In this document: positions 46,606 to 57,454 of the stretch, piece after piece
Layout of the letters: each line of letters begins with the position of its first letter
Numbering within the stretch: position 1 is the first letter of the stretch
Assembly: GCA_016784445.1 (NCBI GenBank)
Contig: JADHUR010000003.1
Coordinates: forward strand, 2,590-66,589
DNA length: 64,000 nucleotides
Source of the DNA: Patescibacteria group bacterium
Lineage (GTDB): Bacteria; Patescibacteriota; Patescibacteriia; UBA1558
Reading direction: 5' to 3'
Position numbers and translations under genes: made by a program
Notes under the pieces: generated by a model
The model's input: only the letters and a program-made list of their open reading frames with translations
Database searches by the model: none
Told to the model about the DNA's origin: nothing

Positions 46606-48529
46606 TTATGACCCTTTTTCGGTTCAAATAAAGGGCGGTAAAATTAAAGATAGAAGAGTGGGCTCTACAGAAAGATTTTCTTCTGAAGATGGTTTTGTAA
46701 TGGCAGATGATGATAGTAATGTTCAAATGGGACCAGTTATAGAAAACTATTATTTAAGAATGGCTTTAATATTACTATTTATTGTTTTTACAGTACTTGG
46801 TTTTAGAGTATTCTATTTACAGATAATTAAAGGGGATGAGTTTAGAGGACTAGCTGAGGGTAATCGTATTAGACTTCAAAGAATATTACCGAATAGAGGT
46901 ATTATATATGATAATCATGGAAAACAAATGGTTCGTAATATCCCATCCTTTTCTATTAGATTTGTGCCAGCAGATTTACCCAAAGGTGAGGAGCTGGACA
47001 ATGTATTAGAAATAATAGCTAGTACAACTGGTAAAGAGTTTATTGAGTTAAAAGAACTCATTACCAATACTTCAGAGTATTCATATATACAATCTAGTTT
47101 AGTTGAAGATATTAATTATGAGCAAGCTGTTAATTTACGAATTAAAGCATCTATTTGGTCTGGAATACATATTATAGAAACAGCTAAGCGTGAATATATG
47201 CTAGGTAATACTTTTAGTCATTTACTTGGATACCTTGGAAAGATAACAGAAAATGAGGCTATTGATTTACCCGAAGATTATGAACTTATTGACTATATTG
47301 GTAAAACGGGCATTGAAAGATCATATGAGAAAGAACTTAGAGGTATTGTTGGAAAAAAGCAAGTTGAAGTAGATGCACTAGGTAAAGAAACTAAGATATT
47401 AGCAGAACAAGAAGCTATAAAAGGTAATAATATTCATCTATACATTGATGCAGACTTGCAAGTAAAATTATCTGAAATAGTTGCTAAAACATTGAATAAT
47501 AGAAATGTAGATAAAGCAGCTGGAATTATTATAAACCCTCAAAATGGTGGTATTATGGCAATGTCTTCATTCCCAGAATTTGATAATAATATATTTTCTA
47601 AAAGTATTAGCCAGGAGCAATATGAAGCAGTATTTACAGGAGATGATAGGCCGCTGTTTAATAGAACTTTAAGTGGTCAATATCCTTCAGGATCTATTAT
47701 TAAGCCACTAGTTGCATCAGCTGCTCTTGATGAAGGTATTATTGATCGTAATACAAGCTTTTTGAGTACTGGTGGAATATATTATGATATTTGGTTTTTT
47801 CCAGATTGGAAAGCAGGTGGTCATGGTCAAACAAATGTAATAAAAGCACTTGCTGAATCGGTTAATACATTTTTTTATATAATAGGTATTGAAGAATATG
47901 ATGGTAGAGAAGGCTTAGGTTTGGATAAAATGCTTAGCTATATGCATTCTTATGGCTTGAGTCAGTATACAGGAGTGGATATATCCGGGGAACAAATGGG
48001 GTTTTTGCCAGACAGATATTGGAAATGGGAAGAAAGAGATGAACCTTGGTATCCTGGAGATACAATGCACCTCGCAATTGGCCAGGGAGATATTCTAGTA
48101 ACACCAATTCAAATGGCTAACTATATAGCAGCTATTGCTAATGGTGGTATATTATATAGTCCACATTTAGTTAAACAGATTGTTGATTCTGAAACAGGAG
48201 CTGTAGTAATGTCCGCGCCTCAAGTTCTTAATGAAGATTTTATATCAAGTGCTAGTTTAGATATTGTTAGAGAAGGTATGAGGTCAGCTGTAACAACGGG
48301 GTCTGCTAGAAGAATATATTCAGAAGATTATACAGCTGCTGGTAAAACAGGTACAGCTCAGGTTGGTGGCAATGCTAAACCACATTCTTGGTTTGTCGGC
48401 TTTGCTCCATATGATAATCCTGAGATAGCTTGGGCAATGCTAGTAGAGAATGGGGGAGACGGTAGTGATACAGCGGTACAAATTATGGATGAAGTACTAG
48501 ATTGGTACTTTATTAATACGAAAAATTAG
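46592..48529 (+). CDS. mrdA: Penicillin-binding protein 2 (elongasome transpeptidase)
   Basis: SxxK (SGSIIKP), SxN (SVN), KTGTA. N-terminal TM and dimerisation domain. Confidence 0.8.
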   Translation: MSEDNYDPFSVQIKGGKIKDRRVGSTERFSSEDGFVMADDDSNVQMGPVIENYYLRMALILLFIVFTVLGFRVFYLQIIKGDEFRGLAEGNRIRLQRILPNRGIIYDNHGKQMVRNIPSFSIRFVPADLPKGEELDNVLEIIASTTGKEFIELKELITNTSEYSYIQSSLVEDINYEQAVNLRIKASIWSGIHIIETAKREYMLGNTFSHLLGYLGKITENEAIDLPEDYELIDYIGKTGIERSYEKELRGIVGKKQVEVDALGKETKILAEQEAIKGNNIHLYIDADLQVKLSEIVAKTLNNRNVDKAAGIIINPQNGGIMAMSSFPEFDNNIFSKSISQEQYEAVFTGDDRPLFNRTLSGQYPSGSIIKPLVASAALDEGIIDRNTSFLSTGGIYYDIWFFPDWKAGGHGQTNVIKALAESVNTFFYIIGIEEYDGREGLGLDKMLSYMHSYGLSQYTGVDISGEQMGFLPDRYWKWEERDEPWYPGDTMHLAIGQGDILVTPIQMANYIAAIANGGILYSPHLVKQIVDSETGAVVMSAPQVLNEDFISSASLDIVREGMRSAVTTGSARRIYSEDYTAAGKTGTAQVGGNAKPHSWFVGFAPYDNPEIAWAMLVENGGDGSDTAVQIMDEVLDWYFINTKN

Positions 48530-48553
48530 ATACGAATAATGCGAAAAAAGAAA

Positions 48554-48584
48554 AGAGACGTACAATGTTTGTACGTCTCTTTTG
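48554..48584. terminator. Bidirectional intrinsic terminator
   Basis: Perfect 11-bp hairpin agagacgtaca-atgtt-tgtacgtctct flanked by an A-tract and a T-tract. Between mrdA (+) and the convergent minus gene. Confidence 0.75.
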
Positions 48585-48599
48585 AGTTGTTTTTTTGTT

Positions 48600-48842
48600 C
48601 TACTTTGATGTAGGTACGAGTTTGAGCCAGCGTTTACTGACAAGCTCGTAGTTGATAACGCCCAGGATTCCACCAGCAATCATTCCAATAATTGGATTGG
48701 TATAGAAATATCCTATACCAGCACCAATCATTGCATCGACTGCACAGAGCAGACGAATATCTGAGTGGATTTCCACAAAGATGTAGCGGATAAGTTTGGC
48801 AATTTTCATAAAGAAAGTACTGATCGCTTTGATAGCTGTCAT
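48600..48842 (-). CDS. Small membrane protein (80 aa), hypothetical
   Basis: Gly-rich TM (GAGIGYFYTNPIIGMIAGGILGV). Co-transcribed with the upstream minus gene. Confidence 0.35.
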   Translation of the reverse strand: MTAIKAISTFFMKIAKLIRYIFVEIHSDIRLLCAVDAMIGAGIGYFYTNPIIGMIAGGILGVINYELVSKRWLKLVPTSK

Positions 48843-48893
48843 GGTATAGTTAGGAAAATTACCAATAAGCTTGATGCTCAGCTTGAACCCATC

Positions 48894-49397
48894 TCAGATA
48901 GCCATTGGTAGCCAATAGAATACTATACCAAGTGGACTAACCAGGTATAGCATCATCAACAAACTATAGTCTCGCTCTTCAGAATTTGTATCTATAATTA
49001 GATATAGACATCCGATGCCGTAGAAAAGCACGATAGCAGCCATTGCATTAACTGAGGAATTTGAAATAGATTCAACAAGAATAATGATGCACAAACTCAT
49101 ACCAATAATTGCGGTAAAGAAATGTGTTAACAGCATAATGAATATTAACCCAATAGCCAATGTTTTAACTGGAAGTATAAAAAGTGCCTTCCATTCATCT
49201 GCGTTTATTTCCACAATTGATTTCCACCCAGATTTGAACGCTGCAACAACAACTTCAAATTCATAGGATAGGTAACCGATCAAACCACCGATGATGGCAC
49301 CTAGCCACCAAATGGAGGAGGGTATGCTCATGGCAGTAATGGTGCCAATTCCAGCTCCCAGAGCTGTTGCTAGTAAAACCTTCAATGAGTTACTCAT
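48894..49397 (-). CDS. Polytopic membrane protein (167 aa), hypothetical
   Basis: Four hydrophobic helices. First helix is Gly-zipper-like and similar to that of the downstream 80-aa ORF. Confidence 0.4.
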   Translation of the reverse strand: MSNSLKVLLATALGAGIGTITAMSIPSSIWWLGAIIGGLIGYLSYEFEVVVAAFKSGWKSIVEINADEWKALFILPVKTLAIGLIFIMLLTHFFTAIIGMSLCIIILVESISNSSVNAMAAIVLFYGIGCLYLIIDTNSEERDYSLLMMLYLVSPLGIVFYWLPMAI

Positions 49398-49582
49398 TTT
49401 AGTCTCCTTTTTAATTTAAGACGTTATATTGTTGTAAAGATCAATGGTATATGATAGCATATATTTAATATTTTGTCAAGAACTTCATTGACAAGTAATC
49501 TAGTACAAACTATTATATATGTATATAAATATAGCAGTTACTGCTATGTTTTTATTAAGCAAAAATGTAGTATAATTAATAT

Positions 49583-50038
49583 ATGTCAGATCAAAAGTTA
49601 TTAACACAAGAAGGATCAGATAGGCTCAAGGCTGAACTTGAGACTCTTAAGGCAAAAAGATCAGGTATTACTGAGAAGATATCACTAGCTAGAGATTTAG
49701 GAGATTTATCTGAGAATGCTGAATATCATGAAGCAAGAGATCAGCAAGGGTTTAATGAGGGTCGTATTCTAGAAATAGAGACCCTACTTCGTGATGCTAA
49801 AGTTGTAGAAAAAGTGTCTTCTTCACTTGTTGGAATTGGTTCAAGGATTAAAGTTAAAAGTATAGATAGAGAAATGGAATATACAATTGTTGGGGCAACT
49901 GAAGCAGATCCAACTCAAGGTAAAATTTCTTGTGAATCACCACTTGGTGTATCTTTTTTAGGAAAGAAATTAAATGAAGAAGTAGAAGTTGAAATACCAA
50001 ATGGTAGGATTAAGTATACAATAATTTCTATAGCATAA
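49583..50038 (+). CDS. greA: Transcription elongation factor GreA
   Basis: [33 protein letters not shown] coiled-coil finger with acidic tip. FKBP-like C-domain. Confidence 0.85.
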   Translation: MSDQKLLTQEGSDRLKAELETLKAKRSGITEKISLARDLGDLSENAEYHEARDQQGFNEGRILEIETLLRDAKVVEKVSSSLVGIGSRIKVKSIDREMEYTIVGATEADPTQGKISCESPLGVSFLGKKLNEEVEVEIPNGRIKYTIISIA

Positions 50039-50039
50039 T

Positions 50040-51053
50040 ATGTTTGTAAAAAAGATTGGTATAGATTTAGGTACAACATACACTTTAGTCCACGTTCCAA
50101 AGCGTGGTATTATTATCAATGAGCCATCAGTGGTTGCTATTTCTGTTGTAGATAAAAAAGTATTAGCTGTTGGTGATGAAGCCAAAGAGATGCTTGGTAG
50201 AACGCCAGATAGTATTATTGCTCAAAGACCTTTACGTAATGGAGTTATCGCAGATTATAAAACAACAGAGTCAATGCTAAAGTACTTTATTAATAAAGCC
50301 ATGGGTGGTGTTAGACTATTTAGACCAGAAGTTATGATTGCAGTTCCAGGTGGTATAACATCTACAGAAAGAAGGGCTGTAATTGATGCTACTATGGCAG
50401 CTGGTGCAAAAGCTGCATATATTATTAAAGAACCAATAGCAGCCGCTATTGGAGCAGATATTCCTATTGGATCAGCATCTGGTCACATGATTGTAGATAT
50501 TGGTGGTGGGACTTCAGAAATTGCTGTTATATCCTTAGGTGGAATAGTAGCAAATAATTCAGTAAGAATTGGTGGTAATAAATTCGATACGGCTATTACT
50601 GAATATGTACGTAAGAAATATGGCTTAGCTATTGGTGAAAGAACAGCAGAAGCAATTAAGATTGAAATAGGCTCTGCTATGTATTTAGAAAAAGATGAGA
50701 GATTATCTATGGAAGTAAAAGGAAGGGATATGATAACAGGACTGCCAAGAGTTATATCTGTTGACTCCGAAGATGTTACAGAAGCACTTCAGGCGGATTT
50801 GCAGGGGATTATAAATGCAGTAAAACAAGTATTATTCAATACACCACCGGAACTTTCTGCAGATGTTATGGATAAAGGAATGGTATTATCTGGTGGTAGT
50901 TCACTTCTTAGAAATATGGATAAACTATTATCTCAAGCAACAGGAGTACCTGCCTATGTAGCAGATGATTCACTTTTATGTGTAGCCAAAGGTACTGGAA
51001 TAGCACTTGATAATTTAGATTCATATAAGCGAAGTATATTAGCAACTAAGTAA
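50040..51053 (+). CDS. Second MreB-like actin homologue (Mbl-like paralogue)
   Basis: [38 protein letters not shown]. About 50% identical to the mreB at 44254 by eye. Confidence 0.8.
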   Translation: MFVKKIGIDLGTTYTLVHVPKRGIIINEPSVVAISVVDKKVLAVGDEAKEMLGRTPDSIIAQRPLRNGVIADYKTTESMLKYFINKAMGGVRLFRPEVMIAVPGGITSTERRAVIDATMAAGAKAAYIIKEPIAAAIGADIPIGSASGHMIVDIGGGTSEIAVISLGGIVANNSVRIGGNKFDTAITEYVRKKYGLAIGERTAEAIKIEIGSAMYLEKDERLSMEVKGRDMITGLPRVISVDSEDVTEALQADLQGIINAVKQVLFNTPPELSADVMDKGMVLSGGSSLLRNMDKLLSQATGVPAYVADDSLLCVAKGTGIALDNLDSYKRSILATK

Positions 51054-51058
51054 GCTTT

Positions 51059-52147
51059 ATGATAATTGGTTTAGAAGCCAGCCGGGCCAATAAGAAACAA
51101 AAGACCGGTACAGAGTGGTATGCTTGGCATCTATTTGAGCAGTTTAAAGAAATAGATCAGGATAATAGTTTTATTATTTATCATAATAATGATTTAACAG
51201 ATGATTTAGCTGAAGCACCAGCTAATTTTTTATTTAAGCAAATTAAGTGGCCATTTAGAAAATTTTGGACTCATATTTGTTTAAGCTTCGAATTACTTCT
51301 TCATCCTGTAGATAAATTATTTTTTTCCAATGCCGTTCCATTAATAACTCGAGGAGAAGTGATAGCTACTATTCATGATTTAGGATTTATTAAAAATCCA
51401 GAGCTTTATCATCCTTTAGAAAGAGTTTATCAGAAAGTGTCACACAATATCGCTATAAAAAGAGCAGATAAAATTTTAGCTATCTCAGAAGCTACTAAAG
51501 CAGATATTATTAAGTATTATCCTAAGGCTGAAAGTAAGATAAAAGTGATATATAATGGTTGGGACGATAAGGAGTTTAAACCAATTACTGAGGATAAGAA
51601 ACAGTTTATTAAACATAAATATAATCTTCCAGATAGATATTTATTATATATTGGCAGAATAGAAACCAAGAAGAATATACAGAATTTGGTAAAAGGTTTT
51701 AATACTATTAAAGATAGCTCATGGCCCTTGGTACTTGCTGGTAGACCGGGAAATTATGGCTTTGATGAGATTAAGAAATTAGCTGGTAATAATAAGAAGA
51801 TAATATTTTTAGGATATATACCTCAAGAAGATTATAAGCTTCTTATTGGAGCAGCTAGTATATTCGTATTTCCATCTAAATTTGAAGGTTTTGGAATTCC
51901 AATACTTGAAGCGATGGGATCTGGCGTGCCTGTATTATGTTCAGACATTCCAGTATTACATGAGGTGGGTGGAGATGCAGCAGTATTTTTTGATCCGGAT
52001 AGTGTAGAGGACATTGCTATGAATATAGATATGTTGATAAGAGGCAGTGCTAAAAGACAAGAATTAATAAAGCTAGGATTAGATAAATCTAGAGAGTTTT
52101 CTTGGGAGAAATGTGCTAAAGAGACATTAAAGTATATATTAAGCTAG
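51059..52147 (+). CDS. Glycosyltransferase family 4
   Basis: C-terminal GT4 motif FPSKFEGFGIPILEAMGSGVPVLCSD. Confidence 0.75.
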   Translation: MIIGLEASRANKKQKTGTEWYAWHLFEQFKEIDQDNSFIIYHNNDLTDDLAEAPANFLFKQIKWPFRKFWTHICLSFELLLHPVDKLFFSNAVPLITRGEVIATIHDLGFIKNPELYHPLERVYQKVSHNIAIKRADKILAISEATKADIIKYYPKAESKIKVIYNGWDDKEFKPITEDKKQFIKHKYNLPDRYLLYIGRIETKKNIQNLVKGFNTIKDSSWPLVLAGRPGNYGFDEIKKLAGNNKKIIFLGYIPQEDYKLLIGAASIFVFPSKFEGFGIPILEAMGSGVPVLCSDIPVLHEVGGDAAVFFDPDSVEDIAMNIDMLIRGSAKRQELIKLGLDKSREFSWEKCAKETLKYILS

Positions 52148-52185
52148 TATTGACAAAAACAGGTAAAATGTAGTATATTAACAAC

Positions 52186-52579
52186 GCTTGAGAGGGCTAA
52201 GCGATTGCTTCCCATTTGGGGAGAGGAAAGTCCGAACACCATTTTCGTCCTTTTTTAAAGGGTGGATAGTCGGTAATGCCGACCATTTCTAATTTATTAG
52301 GAATAGAACAAGTGCAGCAGAAAATAGACCAGCCTGATTTTCAGGTGATGGGTGAAACGGTGGTAATTCCGAAAGGGATTTATTGGCCTACAGGTCGATA
52401 GTAAGAGACCACCAGTGATTATGGCGACATAGTCAGCTAGGTAAACTTTTATCCGGTGCAAGCCTGAATAGGATCCCGTTTAGGGATCGGGTAAGGCGCT
52501 AATGAACGCAGTGAGCAATCATTGTGTCTAGATAGATAATCGCTCTCGACAGAATTCGGCTTATCGGCTCTCTTCAAGC
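52186..52579 (+). ncRNA. rnpB: RNase P RNA, bacterial type A
   Basis: Conserved blocks: AGGAAAGTCCGaaC (P4 5' half), GGTGAAACGGTGGTAA, GGTAAGAGaCCACC, GGTAAACTT, GCAAGCCTGAATAGG, and 3' ACAGAAttCGGCTTATCGGCTC (P4 3' half). P1 pairing gcttgagag/ctcttcaagc. GC-rich island. Promoter-like TTGACA at 52149. Confidence 0.88.
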
Positions 52580-52599
52580 ATTTTTAGTTTAAATAAAAT

Positions 52600-53988
52600 A
52601 TGAAAAAATTTGATTTGGTATTTAATGCCATATTAGTTCCAATAGATTATCTAGTATTATTGGGTGCTGCTGTGGCTAGTTATTTCTTACGTTTTGAAAG
52701 TTTTGTAACTCAAATTAGACCAGTCATATTTGATATGTCATTGCGTGAATATTTAGCAATTGTATATATTATATTAATAGCATGTATTGCTATTTTTATT
52801 TTGTCTGGATTATATTCATTTAGAAGAAAAGCATTGTGGGAAGAATTAAGATTAGCTTTATTTGCAGTTTCAACAGCAACACTTATTATTATTATTGCTT
52901 TCTTTTTTGATGCTAATTTCTTTTCTTCAAGATTCATAGTACTTGCTTTCTGGGTATTTGCTATTTTATTTATATCTATAGAAAGAATACTTGTATTCTT
53001 TATTAAAAAATCCTTTTATTTTAATGGTTATGGTGTAAAACGAGTAGTTGTTATTGGTGAAGATAATAATACTTTAAATTTAATAGGTACTATAAAAAGA
53101 TATCCAAGCTTTGGATTCAGAGTTGTTGAACATTTAAAAATGTTTACGGATAAAGAAGCAGATTACTTAACATCTTTAAGGTCTAAAACAATAATTGACG
53201 AGATTATACAAGGTGGTGTTAATCTGCCACTTGATCAGAAAGAAGCACTCTTAAATTATTGTCAGGAGAATCAATTGGGATTTAAATATATAGCATCTTT
53301 ATTACAAACGAAGATGATTAATTTTACTATCAGCACAATGAATGGTGTGCCTATGGTAGAAATTAGGCATACTAGACTTGATGGTTGGGGTAGAATTATT
53401 AAAAGATTTTATGATATTATATTGTCTTTTATTGGCTGTATTATTTTAATACCAATAAGTTTAATACTTGGCCTTATTATAAAACTCAATAGTCATGGAC
53501 CAGTTTTTGTTAAATTGCAAAGAGTTGGTATAAAGGGTAATATGTTTAACCTATATAAATTCAGATCAATGGTAGATAAAGCTCACTCTATGAAAGAAGA
53601 TATGATGGATCAAAATGAGAGACAAGATGGACCATTATTTAAGATGAAAAAGGATCCAAGAGTAACTAGTATTGGTAAATTTATACGTAAATGGAGTATA
53701 GATGAATTGCCACAATTATTTAATGTTTTAAAGGGAGATATGTCCATGGTTGGTCCTCGCCCACATGAACCTGCAGAGGTAGCACGTTATGAGAATTCAC
53801 AAAGAAAATTACTTACTATAAAACCAGGTATTACTGGCATGGCACAGGTGTCTGGTAGATCAGATCTTCAATTCGAAGAAGAAGTTAAATTAGATTCATA
53901 TTATATAGAGAATTGGTCAGTACTTCTTGATATGCAAATATTTATTAAAACAATTTGGGTAGTACTTTTAAGAAAGGGTTCTGCATAA
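52600..53988 (+). CDS. Polyprenyl-phosphate glycosyl-1-phosphate transferase (WbaP/EpsB-type initiating sugar transferase)
   Basis: Four to five N-terminal TM helices. C-terminal bacterial sugar-transferase domain with ELPQLFNVLKGDMSMVGPRP. Confidence 0.8.
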   Translation: MKKFDLVFNAILVPIDYLVLLGAAVASYFLRFESFVTQIRPVIFDMSLREYLAIVYIILIACIAIFILSGLYSFRRKALWEELRLALFAVSTATLIIIIAFFFDANFFSSRFIVLAFWVFAILFISIERILVFFIKKSFYFNGYGVKRVVVIGEDNNTLNLIGTIKRYPSFGFRVVEHLKMFTDKEADYLTSLRSKTIIDEIIQGGVNLPLDQKEALLNYCQENQLGFKYIASLLQTKMINFTISTMNGVPMVEIRHTRLDGWGRIIKRFYDIILSFIGCIILIPISLILGLIIKLNSHGPVFVKLQRVGIKGNMFNLYKFRSMVDKAHSMKEDMMDQNERQDGPLFKMKKDPRVTSIGKFIRKWSIDELPQLFNVLKGDMSMVGPRPHEPAEVARYENSQRKLLTIKPGITGMAQVSGRSDLQFEEEVKLDSYYIENWSVLLDMQIFIKTIWVVLLRKGSA

Positions 53989-55094
53989 TGAAGGTAGCCC
54001 TTGCACATGATTATCTTTTTCAAAATGGCGGTGCAGAACGTGTAGTACTTGCCATGCATGAGCTTTTTCCTAAAGCCCCCCTTTATGTTCTTATAAATGC
54101 TTTAAGTAAATCTAAAGATTGGCAGGGTATAAAAACAAAGACATCTTTCTTACAAAAGATGCCTGGTTCTAAAAAACACTTACAATTCTATCTATCTTTA
54201 ATGCCTCTTGCATGGGAGAGCTTTAATTTTACAGATTATGATATTGTTTTATCTTCAACATCAAACCTTGCTAAAGGTTTAATTACTCCAGCTAAAGGTT
54301 TACATATTTGCTATTGTCATACGCCAACCAGATATCTTTGGGATGGTACTCATTCATATGTAGATAATCTTCATTATCCTAGAATTATAAAAAAAATATT
54401 ACCACTTGTATTACATAAATTAAGATTATGGGATTTATTTGCAGCCCAAAGAGTAGATCATTTCATTGCTAATTCCAAATATATTTCTAGACAGATTAAG
54501 AAATACTATAATAGAGAATCTGTTATTATATATCCACCAGTGGAAGTAGATAATTATTCTATCTCAAGTGAGATAAAAGATTATTATGTCCTTGTTAGCA
54601 GATTAAGACCATATAAGAAAGTAGATATAGCTGTTAGAGCTTTTAATGAATTGGGTTTACCACTTATTATTATTGGCAGCGGAGATGAATTAAAGAGACT
54701 TAAAAAGATTGCTAAAGCAAATATTACATTTTTAGGAGAAGTTGATGAAGAGACAAAGATTAAATATGTGCAGGAAGCAAAAGCTTTTATACATCCACAG
54801 GTTGAAGACTTTGGTATATCTGCAGTAGAGGCTATGGCAGCAGGTAGGCCTGTTATTGCATTTGATGGTGGGGGAGCTAGAGAAACAGTTATAGATAATA
54901 TTACGGGCGTATTGTTTTCTGAACAATCATGGGAAACATTAGTATATACAGTTTTAAACTTTGATCATACTAAATTTGATCCGTCAATTATTCGCGAACA
55001 TGCTTTAAAGTTTTCAGTTAAGAGATTTCAAGATGAAATTAAGGAATATGTAGATAAGGCATGGCAAAATTTTAATAATCAACGACTACTATAA
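53988..55094 (+). CDS. Glycosyltransferase family 4
   Basis: MKVALAHDYLF.. N-domain. C-terminal E..E motif region. Start set at the ATG overlapping the upstream stop (TAATG), not the track's 53955. Confidence 0.7.
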   Translation: MKVALAHDYLFQNGGAERVVLAMHELFPKAPLYVLINALSKSKDWQGIKTKTSFLQKMPGSKKHLQFYLSLMPLAWESFNFTDYDIVLSSTSNLAKGLITPAKGLHICYCHTPTRYLWDGTHSYVDNLHYPRIIKKILPLVLHKLRLWDLFAAQRVDHFIANSKYISRQIKKYYNRESVIIYPPVEVDNYSISSEIKDYYVLVSRLRPYKKVDIAVRAFNELGLPLIIIGSGDELKRLKKIAKANITFLGEVDEETKIKYVQEAKAFIHPQVEDFGISAVEAMAAGRPVIAFDGGGARETVIDNITGVLFSEQSWETLVYTVLNFDHTKFDPSIIREHALKFSVKRFQDEIKEYVDKAWQNFNNQRLL

Positions 55095-55187
55095 TATGAA
55101 AACATTAATTCTGTTTATCGAGCTATTTATTGCTTCAAGTGCTGGTATGGGCCTTGGTTGGATACTTTATAGTATAACTATATAATA

Positions 55188-56279
55188 ATGCGAATAGGAG
55201 TAGATTTAAGGTCACTGCAAGAAAAACAGAAGGCTGGTATTAGTCGTTATGTCTTGCAGCTTTGTAAAGCTATTACTAGTCAAGATAGAGATAATGAATA
55301 TTATTTCTATTTTAATACATTTAGAAAAATTAAATATCCAGAATTTACCAAGCAGGGTATTATTGTACATACGCGTATACCATCTAGAATATTTAATTTT
55401 TGTGCAAGATTTTTAAAACTTATAGCTTGGGATAAAAAAAATAACTTGGATGTATTTTGGCAGCCAAGTTTTAATTTTATTCATTTATCAAAAGATGTAA
55501 AAAAAGTATTAACTGTTCATGATTTGTCATGGCTTATAAATAGAAAATGGTATAGCTATAAAATGTATTTCTGGCATATTCTTGCAGGTATTCCTAAGCA
55601 AGTAAAGCAAGCAGATAAAGTTATAGCTGTTTCAAAAAGTACAGCCTCAGATATTAATTTTTTCTATTCAAAACCAGCAGATAAGATTAAAATTATTTAC
55701 TCAGGAATAAATAGGGAAGTATTTAATAATAATGATTGCTCTATTTTAAATTTACCTGAAAAATATTTATTATTCATCGGAACAGTTGAGCCAAGAAAAA
55801 ATATCTTAGGAATAATACAAGCAATGGAATTAGTTTTAAGTAAAGAAAAGTATAAAGATATACATTTAGTAATAATGGGAGCGAGTGGTTGGTCAAATAA
55901 AGAAGTATATAAAGCAATAAGAAATAGTAAGCATAGAGACAAATTTCATTATGTTGGTTATACTACTAATAGAGAAAGAGATTGCTATATTAAAAATAGC
56001 TTAGCTCTCATTTGGCCTTCATTCTATGAGGGTTTTGGTCATCCACCATTAGAGGCTTTGTATAATGGCAAGCCAGTAATAGCTAGCTATAGCTCATCTT
56101 TACCAGAGGTTATAAAAGATAATGGAATATTAGTAGATCCATATAATATTACGGAAATAAAAGAGGCCATTCTAAATATATTAGATAATGATATGAATAT
56201 TGATGTAAATTTAGAAGCCTATGACTGGAATAAGGCAGCTAGTTACTATATTAAAGTATTTAATAGTTTTAAAAAATGA
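55188..56279 (+). CDS. Glycosyltransferase family 4
   Basis: GT-B fold with PSFYEGFGHPPLEALYNGKPVIAS motif. Confidence 0.7.
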   Translation: MRIGVDLRSLQEKQKAGISRYVLQLCKAITSQDRDNEYYFYFNTFRKIKYPEFTKQGIIVHTRIPSRIFNFCARFLKLIAWDKKNNLDVFWQPSFNFIHLSKDVKKVLTVHDLSWLINRKWYSYKMYFWHILAGIPKQVKQADKVIAVSKSTASDINFFYSKPADKIKIIYSGINREVFNNNDCSILNLPEKYLLFIGTVEPRKNILGIIQAMELVLSKEKYKDIHLVIMGASGWSNKEVYKAIRNSKHRDKFHYVGYTTNRERDCYIKNSLALIWPSFYEGFGHPPLEALYNGKPVIASYSSSLPEVIKDNGILVDPYNITEIKEAILNILDNDMNIDVNLEAYDWNKAASYYIKVFNSFKK

Positions 56280-57400
56280 AAATAGGTATTGATGCTAGAA
56301 TGTATGGGCCTCAGTCACGTGGACTGGGAAGATATGTACAAAAACTAGTAGACAATTTAGTAGCAATAGATAGTATAAATACTTACTATATTTTATTATC
56401 CCCAGAAAATTGGGATCAATTTCACCCTAAGAATAAGAACTTTATTAAAGTACTTATTAGATCACATTGGTATAGTATTGCTGAACAGATATTTGTTCCT
56501 ATCAAGCTTTGGCGTTTAAAGCTAGACTTAATGCATTTTCCACATTTTAATGTGCCATTACTATATAGAAAGAAATTTATGGTGACTATTCATGATTTAA
56601 TTGTTTCACATTATCCAGATAGCAGAGCTACTACATTACCAAAGTGGTTATACAATTTGAAACTCATGGCATATAGGCTTGTTGTAAGACATGCCATTGT
56701 TAATTCATATAAAATATTAGCTGTGTCTCAATTTACAAAACAAGATATTGAAAGATATTATCCAAGAGTTGCAGATAAAATAGAAGTAACATATGAAGGT
56801 TTTTCTGTTGAACATGGAAAGAGTCATAGAATAGACCTTGAGAAAGAATATGGTATTACTAAGCCTTATCTATTACATATAGGTGCTGCTTATCCACATA
56901 AGAATCTGTATAGATTATTACAGGCTTGGAAATTAAGCCAGGCTCAGCTCAAGAATAATTATCAGCTGGTAATTGCAGGGCGTAAGGATTTTTTTATGAA
57001 CCGCCTATCTCAAGAAGCGATAAATTTAAAATTAGATGAAAATGTTCTATTCTTAGGATTTGTTCCAGATGAACATTTAGCATCACTTTATCAATTTTCA
57101 ATTGCTTATGTATTCCCATCTTTTATAGAAGGATTTGGCTTACCAGCTATTGAAGCACAAAGTTATGGAGTACCTGTACTTGCTGCGAATAATTCATCAC
57201 TGCCAGAAGTACTTGGGAATTCAGCATTATATTTCGATCCCTTTAATATAAATGATATCAGTAAGACAGTTCAGAAAATTATTACAGATGAAGATTTAAA
57301 AGAAAAATTAAAGAACTTAGGTTATAAGAACTATATACGATTTGATTGGCAGGGGATGGCGAAGCAGGTGAAAAGAGTATATGAATATTTAGGAAAGTAA
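56276..57400 (+). CDS. Glycosyltransferase family 4
   Basis: FPSFIEGFGLPAIEAQSYGVPVLAANNSSLPEV motif. Confidence 0.7.
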   Translation: MKIGIDARMYGPQSRGLGRYVQKLVDNLVAIDSINTYYILLSPENWDQFHPKNKNFIKVLIRSHWYSIAEQIFVPIKLWRLKLDLMHFPHFNVPLLYRKKFMVTIHDLIVSHYPDSRATTLPKWLYNLKLMAYRLVVRHAIVNSYKILAVSQFTKQDIERYYPRVADKIEVTYEGFSVEHGKSHRIDLEKEYGITKPYLLHIGAAYPHKNLYRLLQAWKLSQAQLKNNYQLVIAGRKDFFMNRLSQEAINLKLDENVLFLGFVPDEHLASLYQFSIAYVFPSFIEGFGLPAIEAQSYGVPVLAANNSSLPEVLGNSALYFDPFNINDISKTVQKIITDEDLKEKLKNLGYKNYIRFDWQGMAKQVKRVYEYLGK

Positions 57401-57401
57401 A

Positions 57402-57429
57402 AACCCCATCTATTAAGACGGGGTTTTTT
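57402..57429. terminator. Intrinsic terminator closing the glycan operon (convergent with the next minus gene)
   Basis: aaccccatc-tattaa-gacggggtt followed by T6. Confidence 0.7.
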
Positions 57430-57454
57430 AAAACCTAGTTTAAGACTAGTAGCA

